Positions 50,975 through 60,226 of a DNA stretch of 64,000 bases are shown here, one piece after another. The translations under genes and the position numbers were made by a program. Below the pieces are notes generated by a model. It did no database searches, was not told where the DNA came from, and saw only the letters and a list, made by a program, of their open reading frames with translations. Each line of letters begins with the position of its first letter. Within the stretch, counting starts at the first letter, position 1. The stretch comes from Candidatus Latescibacterota bacterium (GTDB lineage: Bacteria; Latescibacterota; UBA2968): NCBI GenBank assembly GCA_965205975.1, contig OZ242195.1:4480001-4544000 (forward strand). The letters run 5' to 3'.

Positions 50975-53900
50975 CTACCAGTTAAATCGCACGCCTACCT
51001 GGGTCAGTCTGGGCGTGCTCGCATAAGAGCGATCGCGCACGTCGCCGTATTCCAGATAGGTGCTGTCGGTCGGTCGGGGTCCGTCAACCCCGTAGTACGT
51101 GTAGTCATTCCTGTTGGTCGGGCTTGTCCGGTCTTTCTGGTTGAACAGATTGCGTATATCCAGGAAGACCGAGGTCTGAACCCGAGACGTCATGGCAAAA
51201 GTTCTTTCCAGTGCCAGGTCTGTGCGAGAGTCCATGGCCAGTTCGCGGTAGGGCCGCACGCCGCCTTCTGGCGGGCTGTAGAGGAACAACCCTCCCGTTT
51301 GAACCCGCGTGACCAGGTTGATGCGCGTATTGCGCAATACTCTGCTGACGATGGCACCACCCCGTTCGTAATCGGCTGGGAAGGATGCCAGCATTGAGGC
51401 ACTGCCAAATTGTCGCCGGTCTCCGGCCCGGGGTTTCAGGAATAGCTGCGTATAACCGCCGGTGAGCAGGTAAATGCCCTTGCCTTTGGTCGGTCCCTCG
51501 AGGGGGCGCAGGCCATCCCATTCGCCCGTACCCAGAATCTTGCCATAAGCCTGATTCACAGTAGCGGACTCGTATCGGTTATTGGCCCGAACGGCAATCA
51601 GGTCGATGTCTTCCTGCGACATCAGTCTGGGTACTTCACTGCCGGAAGAATGGGCATCCCAGGCAACCCACACATCGGGAACCGGTACGCCGAATTCGGG
51701 ATGTGTATAGGCGATGTTGACGGCAGCTTGTCTAACGCCTTCCTCATCCATGTAGATGTTGCGTATCACATTGCCTCGCTTGCCCGTGGTGAACGACGCC
51801 CACTGGTAGTTGTAGGACAAATTGAATGAGAAATTGTGGCTGAATCGCTTGCGCAATGCGAGTTCCACGCCCCGCGTATCCCCATAAGCACCGTTGTCCA
51901 ATGTGCGGGAATAGCGAATTGAGGCCGTTCTCGGTCCCTGCCATGTCTCGTTGGGATACCAGGTGAATTGCTCGACTTCAGAGCGGTAATAAGCGGTTAG
52001 TGCGATGGTATAGTCCGAGACAAAGTTCCAATCTGCACCCACTTCAAATGCGGTGGTTTTGGCGGGGCGCAACAAGTGCGTGCCATTTCGACCGCTATAA
52101 GTGGTTTCCAGGTTGTTGTAGCGCTCTGTGTCGTCTATTTGGCCGTTGCCGTTGACATCTCTGTCTTCGGCTTTGCCCGCTACCCAGAAATCTTCGCCAA
52201 AGTAGAACCACAGGTCGGCCCATTGCAGATAAACGCCCGATGAGAACCGGAACTGCGCCTTTTCGGTGATGGGATGCGAAATTCCGATGCGCGGGCTAAA
52301 GACCACGTGCCAGGGTGCCTGTGTTGACCAGATGGATCCTTCATTATAGGCGTAATCCCGCGCCAGGGTAGGTCTGCGGAACATTTCGGAACCGCGGGCA
52401 CTGCCATGCGTTATTCTGCGGGCATTGGGATTGAAAGCATCCATGCGCAATCCCAGGTTCACGATCATGCCTTCAAATTCCATCTTGTCCTGCACATAAG
52501 TATTGATGGAATACGGCTTGACGCCTTCCTCTCCGAACCGACCCTCATCTGCTACGAACATCAGGTGTCGATCCGCAGGGCTGGAATTGGCGATGATCAT
52601 CATCATGATGTCCCGGCGCATAAATTCAATACCGCCCTTGAGCAAGTGGCCCTTTGTCACCTGAGAGGTCAGATCTACTTTAATGCCCAGGCGATTGCGG
52701 TCGCCCACTTTCCAGCGGGCTGCGACTCGCCCGGTGTTAAACCAGTTGGCGTCGCCCGTGTTGTTGGCCGATGTTGCCTGATAGACGCCGCTGGTATCTG
52801 TTAATGAGCGGCTGCGCGAGACGCGCACTTCGTAAAATGTTTTGGGTGAGAGGGTGTGGGTGACAACCAGATATTGCATTTCTTCGCTTTCAATACGCCT
52901 TCCGGCTGCCGACCATTCTGCGGGCAAAAACAGATCTCTACCGCCATTGCCCAGGCCCCGGTGTACGCCCGGAATTGAATCTGCCGTGCGGATCCACGGA
53001 TCGGCCACGCCGTCAGACCAGTATTCCCATCCCTGGTAAAGTCCGCCCAATTTGAGCTTCAAATTAGGGCTTGGCCTGAAGGTGAAACTGCCGGAGAGCG
53101 TCATGTTATCTGGACCCGTGGGGATAAATCTGTTGACGTCGTTGTAAAATCCCGTCTGCTTGGATCCCGGATAGCGATTGGCTAAACGGCTGTGTTTGGC
53201 AGTGGCGACAAAAGAGACATTGGTGCCAATGGGACCCGAGAGATTTGCCTCGGCATCCCAACCGCTGACCTCTGTGTAGTCTTCCCGGATATGCAGGGGT
53301 TCGCCAGCCAATTCTGCCAGTGTCTGGTTGCTCAAACCCAGATCGGGCCGCCGTTGCGTCAGCCAGTTGGGGTTGTCCCACTGCATTTTGTCCTGGTGTT
53401 GTGGGGCGTCATAGACATTCATACCCCAGTGTTTTTTCCCGGCAGGCTCATAGCGAAATTCGCCCCAGCCATTGTACTGATTGCCGCCGTCTTTGGTCAC
53501 AATTTGCACCACACCGGCCTGTGCATTGCCAAACTCGGCGGGTGTGACACCGGTGAGCACTGACAATTCCTGGATTGCACCGCGGTTCACGGTTCGGAAC
53601 TGTCCGCCAGCACCCCGACCATCGTTGTAATTCATCCGTATGCCATCGACCATATAGGCCACGTCGCTGCCCCAGGCTACTTCGCCGGAACTGGCGCCAC
53701 TGCCACCACGGCTACCGCGCAAGCGGTTGGCGCCATCTACGGATACGCCGGGTTGTAGTTGCAAAATTTCGGATGTGCTGCGCACGATGCTCAAAAGGCG
53801 TTCGGTTTCTTCGACGGTTACGGTGTATTTACTCGTGGTTTTGTCCGGTTCCACGAGTGGACGATCGGCAACGACGACCAGTTCGCCGAGTTCTACAGCG

Positions 53901-54226
53901 GCTTCTTTGAGCGAGAAATTCACAGTGACGGTCTGATCGGCGATGATCAGGACGTCTTGTACCAGAACGGTCTCATAACCGACGAGAGAGCCGGTGAGGG
54001 TGACGCGCCCCGGGTCTGCCTGGATAATTGCGAAGTATCCATCGGCATCGGTGACTGCGCCGCGCTGAGTGCCTCTGATGACGACGTTGGCACCCGGCAG
54101 TGGTTGCCCGTTGGCATCTTTAACGACCCCGTTGATTTTACCCGTGCTGCCCGCCCACAGGTCGCCGGTTCCTGCAAATAGGAAACCGACGGCTATCAAA
54201 CTGAAAAACAACAGTCTGTGCTTCAT
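50975..54226 (-). CDS. TonB-dependent receptor with N-terminal carboxypeptidase-regulatory-like domain
   Basis: GKING.VKDA.GQPLPGANV..G..RGAVTDADG.F; ELVVVA (TonB box); plug LQPGV...RG...YMVDGI...AEFGNA.AGVV.IVTK; YVQDKME...NLGLR.D; SPRIG.SHPI; terminal RFNW. Confidence 0.92.
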   Translation of the reverse strand: MKHRLLFFSLIAVGFLFAGTGDLWAGSTGKINGVVKDANGQPLPGANVVIRGTQRGAVTDADGYFAIIQADPGRVTLTGSLVGYETVLVQDVLIIADQTVTVNFSLKEAAVELGELVVVADRPLVEPDKTTSKYTVTVEETERLLSIVRSTSEILQLQPGVSVDGANRLRGSRGGSGASSGEVAWGSDVAYMVDGIRMNYNDGRGAGGQFRTVNRGAIQELSVLTGVTPAEFGNAQAGVVQIVTKDGGNQYNGWGEFRYEPAGKKHWGMNVYDAPQHQDKMQWDNPNWLTQRRPDLGLSNQTLAELAGEPLHIREDYTEVSGWDAEANLSGPIGTNVSFVATAKHSRLANRYPGSKQTGFYNDVNRFIPTGPDNMTLSGSFTFRPSPNLKLKLGGLYQGWEYWSDGVADPWIRTADSIPGVHRGLGNGGRDLFLPAEWSAAGRRIESEEMQYLVVTHTLSPKTFYEVRVSRSRSLTDTSGVYQATSANNTGDANWFNTGRVAARWKVGDRNRLGIKVDLTSQVTKGHLLKGGIEFMRRDIMMMIIANSSPADRHLMFVADEGRFGEEGVKPYSINTYVQDKMEFEGMIVNLGLRMDAFNPNARRITHGSARGSEMFRRPTLARDYAYNEGSIWSTQAPWHVVFSPRIGISHPITEKAQFRFSSGVYLQWADLWFYFGEDFWVAGKAEDRDVNGNGQIDDTERYNNLETTYSGRNGTHLLRPAKTTAFEVGADWNFVSDYTIALTAYYRSEVEQFTWYPNETWQGPRTASIRYSRTLDNGAYGDTRGVELALRKRFSHNFSFNLSYNYQWASFTTGKRGNVIRNIYMDEEGVRQAAVNIAYTHPEFGVPVPDVWVAWDAHSSGSEVPRLMSQEDIDLIAVRANNRYESATVNQAYGKILGTGEWDGLRPLEGPTKGKGIYLLTGGYTQLFLKPRAGDRRQFGSASMLASFPADYERGGAIVSRVLRNTRINLVTRVQTGGLFLYSPPEGGVRPYRELAMDSRTDLALERTFAMTSRVQTSVFLDIRNLFNQKDRTSPTNRNDYTYYGVDGPRPTDSTYLEYGDVRDRSYASTPRLTQVGVRFNW

Positions 54227-54254
54227 AGCACGACCTCCTTAAAGGGTGAATGGT

Positions 54255-54968
54255 TTAACGCCAGAAATAAAACTTAACCCCGGCACCTATATCAAAAAAC
54301 ATTAACGGACGAGCGCGTTCCAGGTCGTAAAAGAGCATGGGTCTCAATTCGCCCACTACGAAATTTAAGCGCCCGCGTACATCCAGGCTGATATTGTCGG
54401 TGACAAATGCCTCCATGCCCGCACCCGTGGTGAGTGCTATGGTGGTGCGCTTGTCAATTTGCGGATCCATTACGGTGTTTAAGTCAATTGGATCGCTGGT
54501 TTGAGCCGGCCATACCAGATTGCTATTTTCGGCGTTATAACGGAAAAAACCACCGCCGAGGGCTATGTAATGGCGATAGTCTTTTGCCCGAAATCCGTGT
54601 TGCCGATTCTCTTCGCCTACAAAGACGAGCGCGTTCACTGCTACGCTGTTGAAGGTCATTGTCGATGAAGCATTGGGGCTGGTGTATTCGAGGCCGTCAA
54701 TCGGATATACAAACGGTTTGGACGCCAGTTTTCCATTGTCGAATTTGGAATAGTGGTATTCCACTTCAACAGTCACGAGGTCGCTGGCCACATAGTTCAC
54801 GTTCAAGCCGTATTTCCCCGCTTGGTCGTAGCGGTCCCGCAAATTGGACAGGGGTACGTGATAATTGGCAAATCCACCAAGACCCCATCCGTTCTGCTGG
54901 GCAAACGAATCTCCCGATACAAGTACCAATAATACGCCCACCAGGAAAGTAGTCAATGTGCGTATCAT
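54255..54968 (-). CDS. Outer-membrane beta-barrel protein (OmpA-like 8-stranded)
   Basis: Signal peptide (SFA-Q); alternating strands; YIALGGG, GAGME.F, terminal GVKFYF. Confidence 0.75.
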   Translation of the reverse strand: MIRTLTTFLVGVLLVLVSGDSFAQQNGWGLGGFANYHVPLSNLRDRYDQAGKYGLNVNYVASDLVTVEVEYHYSKFDNGKLASKPFVYPIDGLEYTSPNASSTMTFNSVAVNALVFVGEENRQHGFRAKDYRHYIALGGGFFRYNAENSNLVWPAQTSDPIDLNTVMDPQIDKRTTIALTTGAGMEAFVTDNISLDVRGRLNFVVGELRPMLFYDLERARPLMFFDIGAGVKFYFWR

Positions 54969-55165
54969 AAACGCTCCTTTCTGCAGCTCAAAACTGCGGT
55001 AATGCCATACTTCTGTTATACATTTGACGAGATACTTAGTGTGCTAACCCGGACTATTTAGTGCATTGGCCTCACCCCATTTCTGTTTAGATATTTTAAT
55101 AATGAAATAAATATACACTTAATAATACTTACAAAAACAGTAATTTATATATAGTATTCCATGTC

Positions 55166-55195
55166 ATGATAGCTCCATTGATATAGACATGTCAA
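55166..55195 (-). promoter_or_regulatory. Sigma-70 promoter for the OMP-TBDR-cargo-PorV operon
   Basis: TTGACA (55195-55190), 18 nt, TATCAT (55171-55166) in an AT-rich intergenic region. TGACATG occurs at the -35 and again just after the -10 (possible operator). Confidence 0.6.
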
Positions 55196-55254
55196 GCCTT
55201 TTTTGATTCGATTGTAATCATTTGTAAAAAAATCTCAAATCCTGTTGCGCGCTA

Positions 55255-56760
55255 TCAGGACGTCAATTTGTCGAACAGGTATTTTACCTCTTCTTCTTTC
55301 TCCGGGGTGCGCGTTCCGATCCATCCTTCGCCGAAATACAAACACAGGCCGACCAGGATTTCGCCTCCGGTATAAATGGCGAAGTTGTCCGTTATTTGTA
55401 CGAGGATGGCGTAGGTCAGCAGCCCGCCTGCGAGGGCGAATATCGCGCCCCGCGCTGTGGGTTTTCGGAAGAGCATGCCGAACATGAGCGGTATTGCTAT
55501 GGGGGATAGGAGCGCTCCAAATATCTGGACAGTTGCGGTGAATACTTTTTCCGCGCCTTTGCTTTCGGCGATGATGACGCCTGTGATAATGATGGCTATT
55601 CCAAAGATCAATGTGACGATTTTGCCGACGCGGAAGAGTGTCTGCTGTGTCCATTCGCGCTTGATGTTGCGCTGATAGATGTCTTTTGTGAATACGGCGG
55701 CGAGGGCGTTGAGGTCACTGTCGATCATGGACATGGTGGCGGCGAACATGGAACATATCAATAGGCCGATCAATCCGGGCATGAGTCCGGAGAGCACGCG
55801 CTGGGCCATCAATACATAAGTTTGCTGGAGGTCAAAGCCGGGCAGGGGCGCGAGCGTTACGGGGTCGAAATATTCGGTGAGTATTAATGGCGCGGCCCAG
55901 GCGGGTACGAAGATGACGATGGGATATAGCAGGTAGAGGAATCCCGAGAGGAGCGCGGCTTTTTGGGTATCTCGTGGGTCGGATACGGATATAAATCGCT
56001 GCGCCAATCCCCAGGTGGCGCCGTTATAACTGAAGATGACGACGATGAGATAGACAAACCAGAAGTCTATCCCAATGCCCGCTTCTGCGTTGAAGAATGC
56101 GCCGCGTTCGGCGGGTAGCTGTTCCCACAGGGGGTTCCATCCTCCGATGTTGTCGAGTACGAGATAGAGTACGATTGTGCTGATTACGAGCTGGACGACA
56201 AATTGGATCAGGTCGGTTAATACCGCGGCCCACAGTCCGCCTATGAGGACATAAACTACGGTGATTATGCCTGCGACCAGTACGACGGGCAATACTGCCC
56301 AGCCCGTGACGGTTTGTACGACGACGGAGATCGCGTAGAGTTTGATTCCGAGGTCTATAAATTTGACGCCGATGCCGCAGAGTGCGACCAGAAAGCGCAC
56401 GGAGTTGCCGTATCGCGCTTCGAGATATTCTACGGGTGTGAGCACTTTGAGGCGAGACCATCGCGGTGCCCATACGAGGCAGCCGATCATCATGGCGATA
56501 AAACACGATAGGGAGAATAGCGTCCACATGCTGAATCCGGCGGTTGCCGCCCGTCCCGCAAAGCCCACAAAGACGACGGCGCTGTATCCGGAGACATGGT
56601 GGGATATGGCGGCCATCCACCAGGGCAGGTTGTGGCCAGCGGCGAAGTACGCATCCACGTCCTGAGATTTTCGTTTGGCAATCCCGCCGACCCAGGCCAT
56701 GAGCAAGGCGTAGAGAAGGATGACGACAAAGTCTGTGGGTGATAGCATGTTCATGTCCAT
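55255..56760 (-). CDS. Sodium:solute symporter (SSS) family transporter
   Basis: YFAAG.NLPWW, S..SAV.FVG.AG, TP.EYLE.RYG, GGL.A.V.TD.IQF, QRF.S, AATMS..DS.LNA...VF..DIY; many TM segments. Confidence 0.92.
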   Translation of the reverse strand: MDMNMLSPTDFVVILLYALLMAWVGGIAKRKSQDVDAYFAAGHNLPWWMAAISHHVSGYSAVVFVGFAGRAATAGFSMWTLFSLSCFIAMMIGCLVWAPRWSRLKVLTPVEYLEARYGNSVRFLVALCGIGVKFIDLGIKLYAISVVVQTVTGWAVLPVVLVAGIITVVYVLIGGLWAAVLTDLIQFVVQLVISTIVLYLVLDNIGGWNPLWEQLPAERGAFFNAEAGIGIDFWFVYLIVVIFSYNGATWGLAQRFISVSDPRDTQKAALLSGFLYLLYPIVIFVPAWAAPLILTEYFDPVTLAPLPGFDLQQTYVLMAQRVLSGLMPGLIGLLICSMFAATMSMIDSDLNALAAVFTKDIYQRNIKREWTQQTLFRVGKIVTLIFGIAIIITGVIIAESKGAEKVFTATVQIFGALLSPIAIPLMFGMLFRKPTARGAIFALAGGLLTYAILVQITDNFAIYTGGEILVGLCLYFGEGWIGTRTPEKEEEVKYLFDKLTS

Positions 56761-56850
56761 TCAACGGAACGGGGTATGAAGGCGAGTAATTACTGACGTT
56801 GTGCTTCGCGTGCGAGCATGACTGCGCCAGCAGTTCATCAGCGAATCAAT

Positions 56851-56877
56851 GTAGGGGCGGTGCCCCTGTGCCCGCCC
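56851..56877 (+). repeat. GTAG-type REP-like element
   Basis: GTAGGGGCGG-TGCCCCTGTGC-CCGCCC: GTAG tetranucleotide followed by a GC-rich imperfect hairpin. Confidence 0.6.
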
Positions 56878-56890
56878 GTTAGGTGGCGGA

Positions 56891-56960
56891 GCGGGGTTCG
56901 TCTATTCGTTGATTCGTCTATTCGTTGATTCGTCTATTCGTTGATTCGTCTATTCGTCTA
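56891..56960. repeat. Octamer tandem array (TCTATTCG/TTGATTCG)n overlapping a stop codon
   Basis: GCGGGGTTCG, then (TCTATTCGTTGATTCG)x3 and TCTATTCGTCTA. Confidence 0.9.
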
Positions 56961-57720
56961 ATCCCGCGATTAGTTCCTCAGATGTGAGAGAATAGTGTCC
57001 GAACATTTCCAGGAAGAGTACGGCTCCCCGCGTCTGTCCAAGGTTTTCGTGTGTTTCAAAAGATTCCATTCCCGTGGTGCAGTCCCGAAGGAGGATGATT
57101 TCATATCCGCGGCGTCCCATTGCGAGGGTTCCGTAGTCTCTCATCAAGATGCAGGCGTTGGTGTTGAAGCCGAGATAGAAGAGGAAGAGTATGCCCTGTT
57201 GTTTGCACCAGCGGTGGAGTTCTTCGCCGGTGGAGATGACGGCTTCTTTGCCTTCGACCTGTACGAGGGGATGCATTGCGAGTCTGGCGCGAGTTTCAGT
57301 GAGTTCTTCTTCGCGCGGTTCTATGGGTCGCGCATAGTGTTCATATATTCCCGTTTTGCCGCGAAAGGCGGTGGGGGGCCAGTTGTTTTTGGATTTGGTG
57401 GATGTTTCTCCCTTTTCGATCAGGTTCACCCAGGATGGATGCGCTTCAGCCAGACGAGGTGCCGGGGCGTGGACGATGGGCATTTCCGCTTTTCGACAGG
57501 CGTTCAGGAGGGGGACGATGTTGTTGCGTACGATTTCCTCGGATCGAGCTTCTGTGTCTTTCAGGTAGTGATGCGACCAGATATCGACGAGGACGAGTGC
57601 TGTTTGCGCGAGTGGGATTTTCCAGTTGAGGTGGTCATAGCCCGTGTTCTTTTCGATCCAGACTACGCCTTTGTCAACGTGCCAGCGGTAGTAGCGAGGG
57701 GCGATGGTTATTTTTTGCAT
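56950..57720 (-). CDS. Isochorismatase-family cysteine hydrolase
   Basis: TALVLVDIW (Asp), PIVHAP, GFNTNACIL (Cys), ILLRDCT. Confidence 0.8.
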   Translation of the reverse strand: MQKITIAPRYYRWHVDKGVVWIEKNTGYDHLNWKIPLAQTALVLVDIWSHHYLKDTEARSEEIVRNNIVPLLNACRKAEMPIVHAPAPRLAEAHPSWVNLIEKGETSTKSKNNWPPTAFRGKTGIYEHYARPIEPREEELTETRARLAMHPLVQVEGKEAVISTGEELHRWCKQQGILFLFYLGFNTNACILMRDYGTLAMGRRGYEIILLRDCTTGMESFETHENLGQTRGAVLFLEMFGHYSLTSEELIAGLDE

Positions 57721-57747
57721 TTGTCAAGTCTCCGTAGTCAGTGGTAG

Positions 57748-57840
57748 CGAATCTACGAATCTACGAATCTACGACGGAATTTGTAACAACTTTGGGTGGT
57801 TGGGCGGGGTTCGTCTATTCGTCTATTCGTCTATTCGTCT
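57748..57840. repeat. Paired octamer arrays (CTACGAAT)n ... GCGGGGTTCG(TCTATTCG)n
   Basis: CGAATCTACGAATCTACGAATCTACGA at 57748-57774 and GCGGGGTTCGTCTATTCGTCTATTCGTCTATTCGTCT at 57804-57840; the ACGAAT and ATTCGT cores are inverted relative to each other. Confidence 0.88.
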
Positions 57841-60225
57841 GGTTTCTCCACGGCCAATGGTGTGCGTTTTGTCTTCTCCTGCGATTTTCACTTTTGCATG
57901 TTCGGCACTGGAGACATAAAGTGCCCCGTCGGGTATGGCGTCTATCCGGGCGTCGCCTTCTATGTTCAGTATTTGGGTAGCGCGGAGCAGGCAGGCAGAT
58001 TCGCCGCCGATGGGGATGCAGTATAGCACGCGGTCTCCGCGTGTTTCGAGGATGGCACCGGGAAAGACTGGCAACTGTTCGGTTCTGTTTGCGGTGAAAG
58101 TGCATATTTGTTGTGTGGTGCCGAAGTTTGCGGCGGCGAGATATCCTTCGGCTATCAAGCCGATGCTATCTTCTGGTGCAGTTAGTATTTCGAAGGGGGT
58201 ACCGGGTGTGTCGGCGGCGGTTTGTTCGGGGATTAGCAGGGCTGTTAAGCGGCCCGCTTCTTCGCCCGCACGAAGGGGTTTTTCGCCCGTTAGTCGGGAC
58301 AATGTGAGGTCGTCGGCTATGGCGCGGTAGGGGTTGAAGTAGTGCCGGTTGTGATAGACTGTGTCGCCATTCCCGGTAAAGTGTATGCCCAGGCGGTTGT
58401 CTATGTTGAGATAGGGGGGATGGCCCAGGTTGTCGATTATGTCGTCTGCTTCGGTTTCGCCGTGCCAGCCCGCGTACCGGGTTTCGCCGTTGGGGCGATA
58501 TAGTACGCGCTCTCCGCGGCAGTTGGGAGCCATGTGTGAGAAGTGTTCGTTGGTGATGCGCAAAAATCCCTGGTTGAGTTCTTCCAGTACGAGGTCTTCC
58601 CGGGCGGTGAATTTTTCAAAAGATAAGATGCGGCCATCTGGCAGGCTGGCAAAGAGTACGTGTTGCCGCAGGGATTCCTGGCAGCGGTCTATTATTAGGG
58701 CTGCTGCAAAGCTGTCGTCGTATTCGGCAACGCGCACGGTTTTGAGGCGGTGGCTGTCGGGGCGGTTTTGTACGATGGGTGTGCCGAGCCAGGTGTCTGA
58801 ACACGGAGCGATGGTGTAAATTCCTTCTCGCGTGAGGGGCAGGGCCATGATGGAGTTGCGCCAGGCAAATGAGGTCTGTCCGTGCGGGTGTCTGTGGTGT
58901 ACAAATCCTGCGTGGGGGAAGTGGCGTACGCCCGAGAGGCGCGATTCCATTTCTGCGGTGGGTGCAGGCGATGGGCCTGGTCCAAAGAGGCGATGGAATA
59001 GATATAGACTGGCGGCGCCCGAGATTGAGACTTCGCGCATGATCATGGGGTCTTGCTGATCGTGGGCTTTCAGGGCGAGGTCCTGATCGTACATCCGTCC
59101 CCCATTTCCGCGCTGACGTAGTTCGGCATGTTCCAGTCCCAGGTGTTCCATGGCTGCGGCGTCCGGGTCGTCGAAGAATACGGCGGCAATCGCGTGCGCG
59201 GAAATGGTTGCGAATATGTTTAGATAATGCCAGTCCATTCCCTGAACAGCCTGGGCATATCCGCCGCCGTCGGTGAGTGCTTTCAGGTTTTCGTACACGC
59301 GCTGTTTGTTCCAGAAGAGTTCTGGCGGCAACTCGCGGCCCCAGAGTTGATGCAGACAGCCTACGCTCATCAGGGGAGAGAGGCCCGAAGCCGTGTAGCT
59401 GGGGTGGACCATGCCGTGATTTTCCGCGAGGTAGTCGGGGAGTGCTGTGAAGATTTTTTCGGTCAGGGTGCGTGCGGTTTCGCGGCCTACGAGGCCCAGG
59501 TCTTTGGCGTCTTGTGGCGCGGCGCATGTGGAGAACATCCATCTGCGGGCGGTTGCTTCCCAGGCTGCGGCGTCCGCGTGTTCGGATAGGAAGAGGAAGC
59601 AAGAGGTGAGCCCGTGAGAGGTCCAGGCATTTTCTTCCATCTGTGTGTCTGTATAGACGCCGCTTTTGGGTGCCATGTTGCCGAACCGCGCGGCGTAGTC
59701 TTCATGTACGCGGGCGACCATCATCCATGTTTCTTCATCGACCCATTCCCGCAGTAGCAAGCAGACGTGCGCGAGGCCAGCGACGGTGCTTCCGCACTGG
59801 CTTTCGCGAAAGAAGCCTTTGCCCCGTTCACCCCATTTGGTGCCGCAGTTTTCCGAGCGGCCCAGTCCTTCTTGTGGACGTACGCAGTCCTCGGGCCCGG
59901 AGTCGTGCGTGAAACAGAGGTAGCGCACGCCTTTGATCGCCATTTCCCGCAGGGCGTCGCGGGATACGCCCGTGGATGTCTCGTCGTATTCTGGCGACGT
60001 ACTGGCGTAGGCAAACGTTTCGGCACAACTGATGGTTTCGATTCCGTACCAGTGACATCCGCCGAAGAAATGCCCGCAGTTGGGGCGGTCGGGCCAGTCG
60101 GAAAAGTACGCGATGCCCGTTGGAATCCACTGTTCGATCATCCGAAGATAACGGCGACTCATTTCGTTTTCAGTGTCGGGAAGGTGCGGATGCTGCAGGT
60201 CTGTGGTGTCGGTCATGCGTGCCAT
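57823..60225 (-). CDS. Hypothetical 800-aa protein, possibly an alpha-toroid/beta-sandwich lyase-like enzyme
   Basis: Long ORF with SD AGGAG, coupled to the upstream gene; helical N-half with DTQMEENAW, ENHG.VHPSY, GMDW; beta-rich C-half; no signal peptide. Confidence 0.65.
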   Translation of the reverse strand: MARMTDTTDLQHPHLPDTENEMSRRYLRMIEQWIPTGIAYFSDWPDRPNCGHFFGGCHWYGIETISCAETFAYASTSPEYDETSTGVSRDALREMAIKGVRYLCFTHDSGPEDCVRPQEGLGRSENCGTKWGERGKGFFRESQCGSTVAGLAHVCLLLREWVDEETWMMVARVHEDYAARFGNMAPKSGVYTDTQMEENAWTSHGLTSCFLFLSEHADAAAWEATARRWMFSTCAAPQDAKDLGLVGRETARTLTEKIFTALPDYLAENHGMVHPSYTASGLSPLMSVGCLHQLWGRELPPELFWNKQRVYENLKALTDGGGYAQAVQGMDWHYLNIFATISAHAIAAVFFDDPDAAAMEHLGLEHAELRQRGNGGRMYDQDLALKAHDQQDPMIMREVSISGAASLYLFHRLFGPGPSPAPTAEMESRLSGVRHFPHAGFVHHRHPHGQTSFAWRNSIMALPLTREGIYTIAPCSDTWLGTPIVQNRPDSHRLKTVRVAEYDDSFAAALIIDRCQESLRQHVLFASLPDGRILSFEKFTAREDLVLEELNQGFLRITNEHFSHMAPNCRGERVLYRPNGETRYAGWHGETEADDIIDNLGHPPYLNIDNRLGIHFTGNGDTVYHNRHYFNPYRAIADDLTLSRLTGEKPLRAGEEAGRLTALLIPEQTAADTPGTPFEILTAPEDSIGLIAEGYLAAANFGTTQQICTFTANRTEQLPVFPGAILETRGDRVLYCIPIGGESACLLRATQILNIEGDARIDAIPDGALYVSSAEHAKVKIAGEDKTHTIGRGETRRIDE

Positions 60226-60226
60226 T

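Noticed and set aside
55036..55066. CIRCE-like TTAG..GCTAA sequence upstream of the OMP gene
   Set aside because: Does not match TTAGCACTC-N9-GAGTGCTAA in sequence or spacing, and there is no chaperone gene nearby.
56891..57840. Possible CRISPR array
   Set aside because: 8/16-nt contiguous units with no unique spacers and no cas genes.
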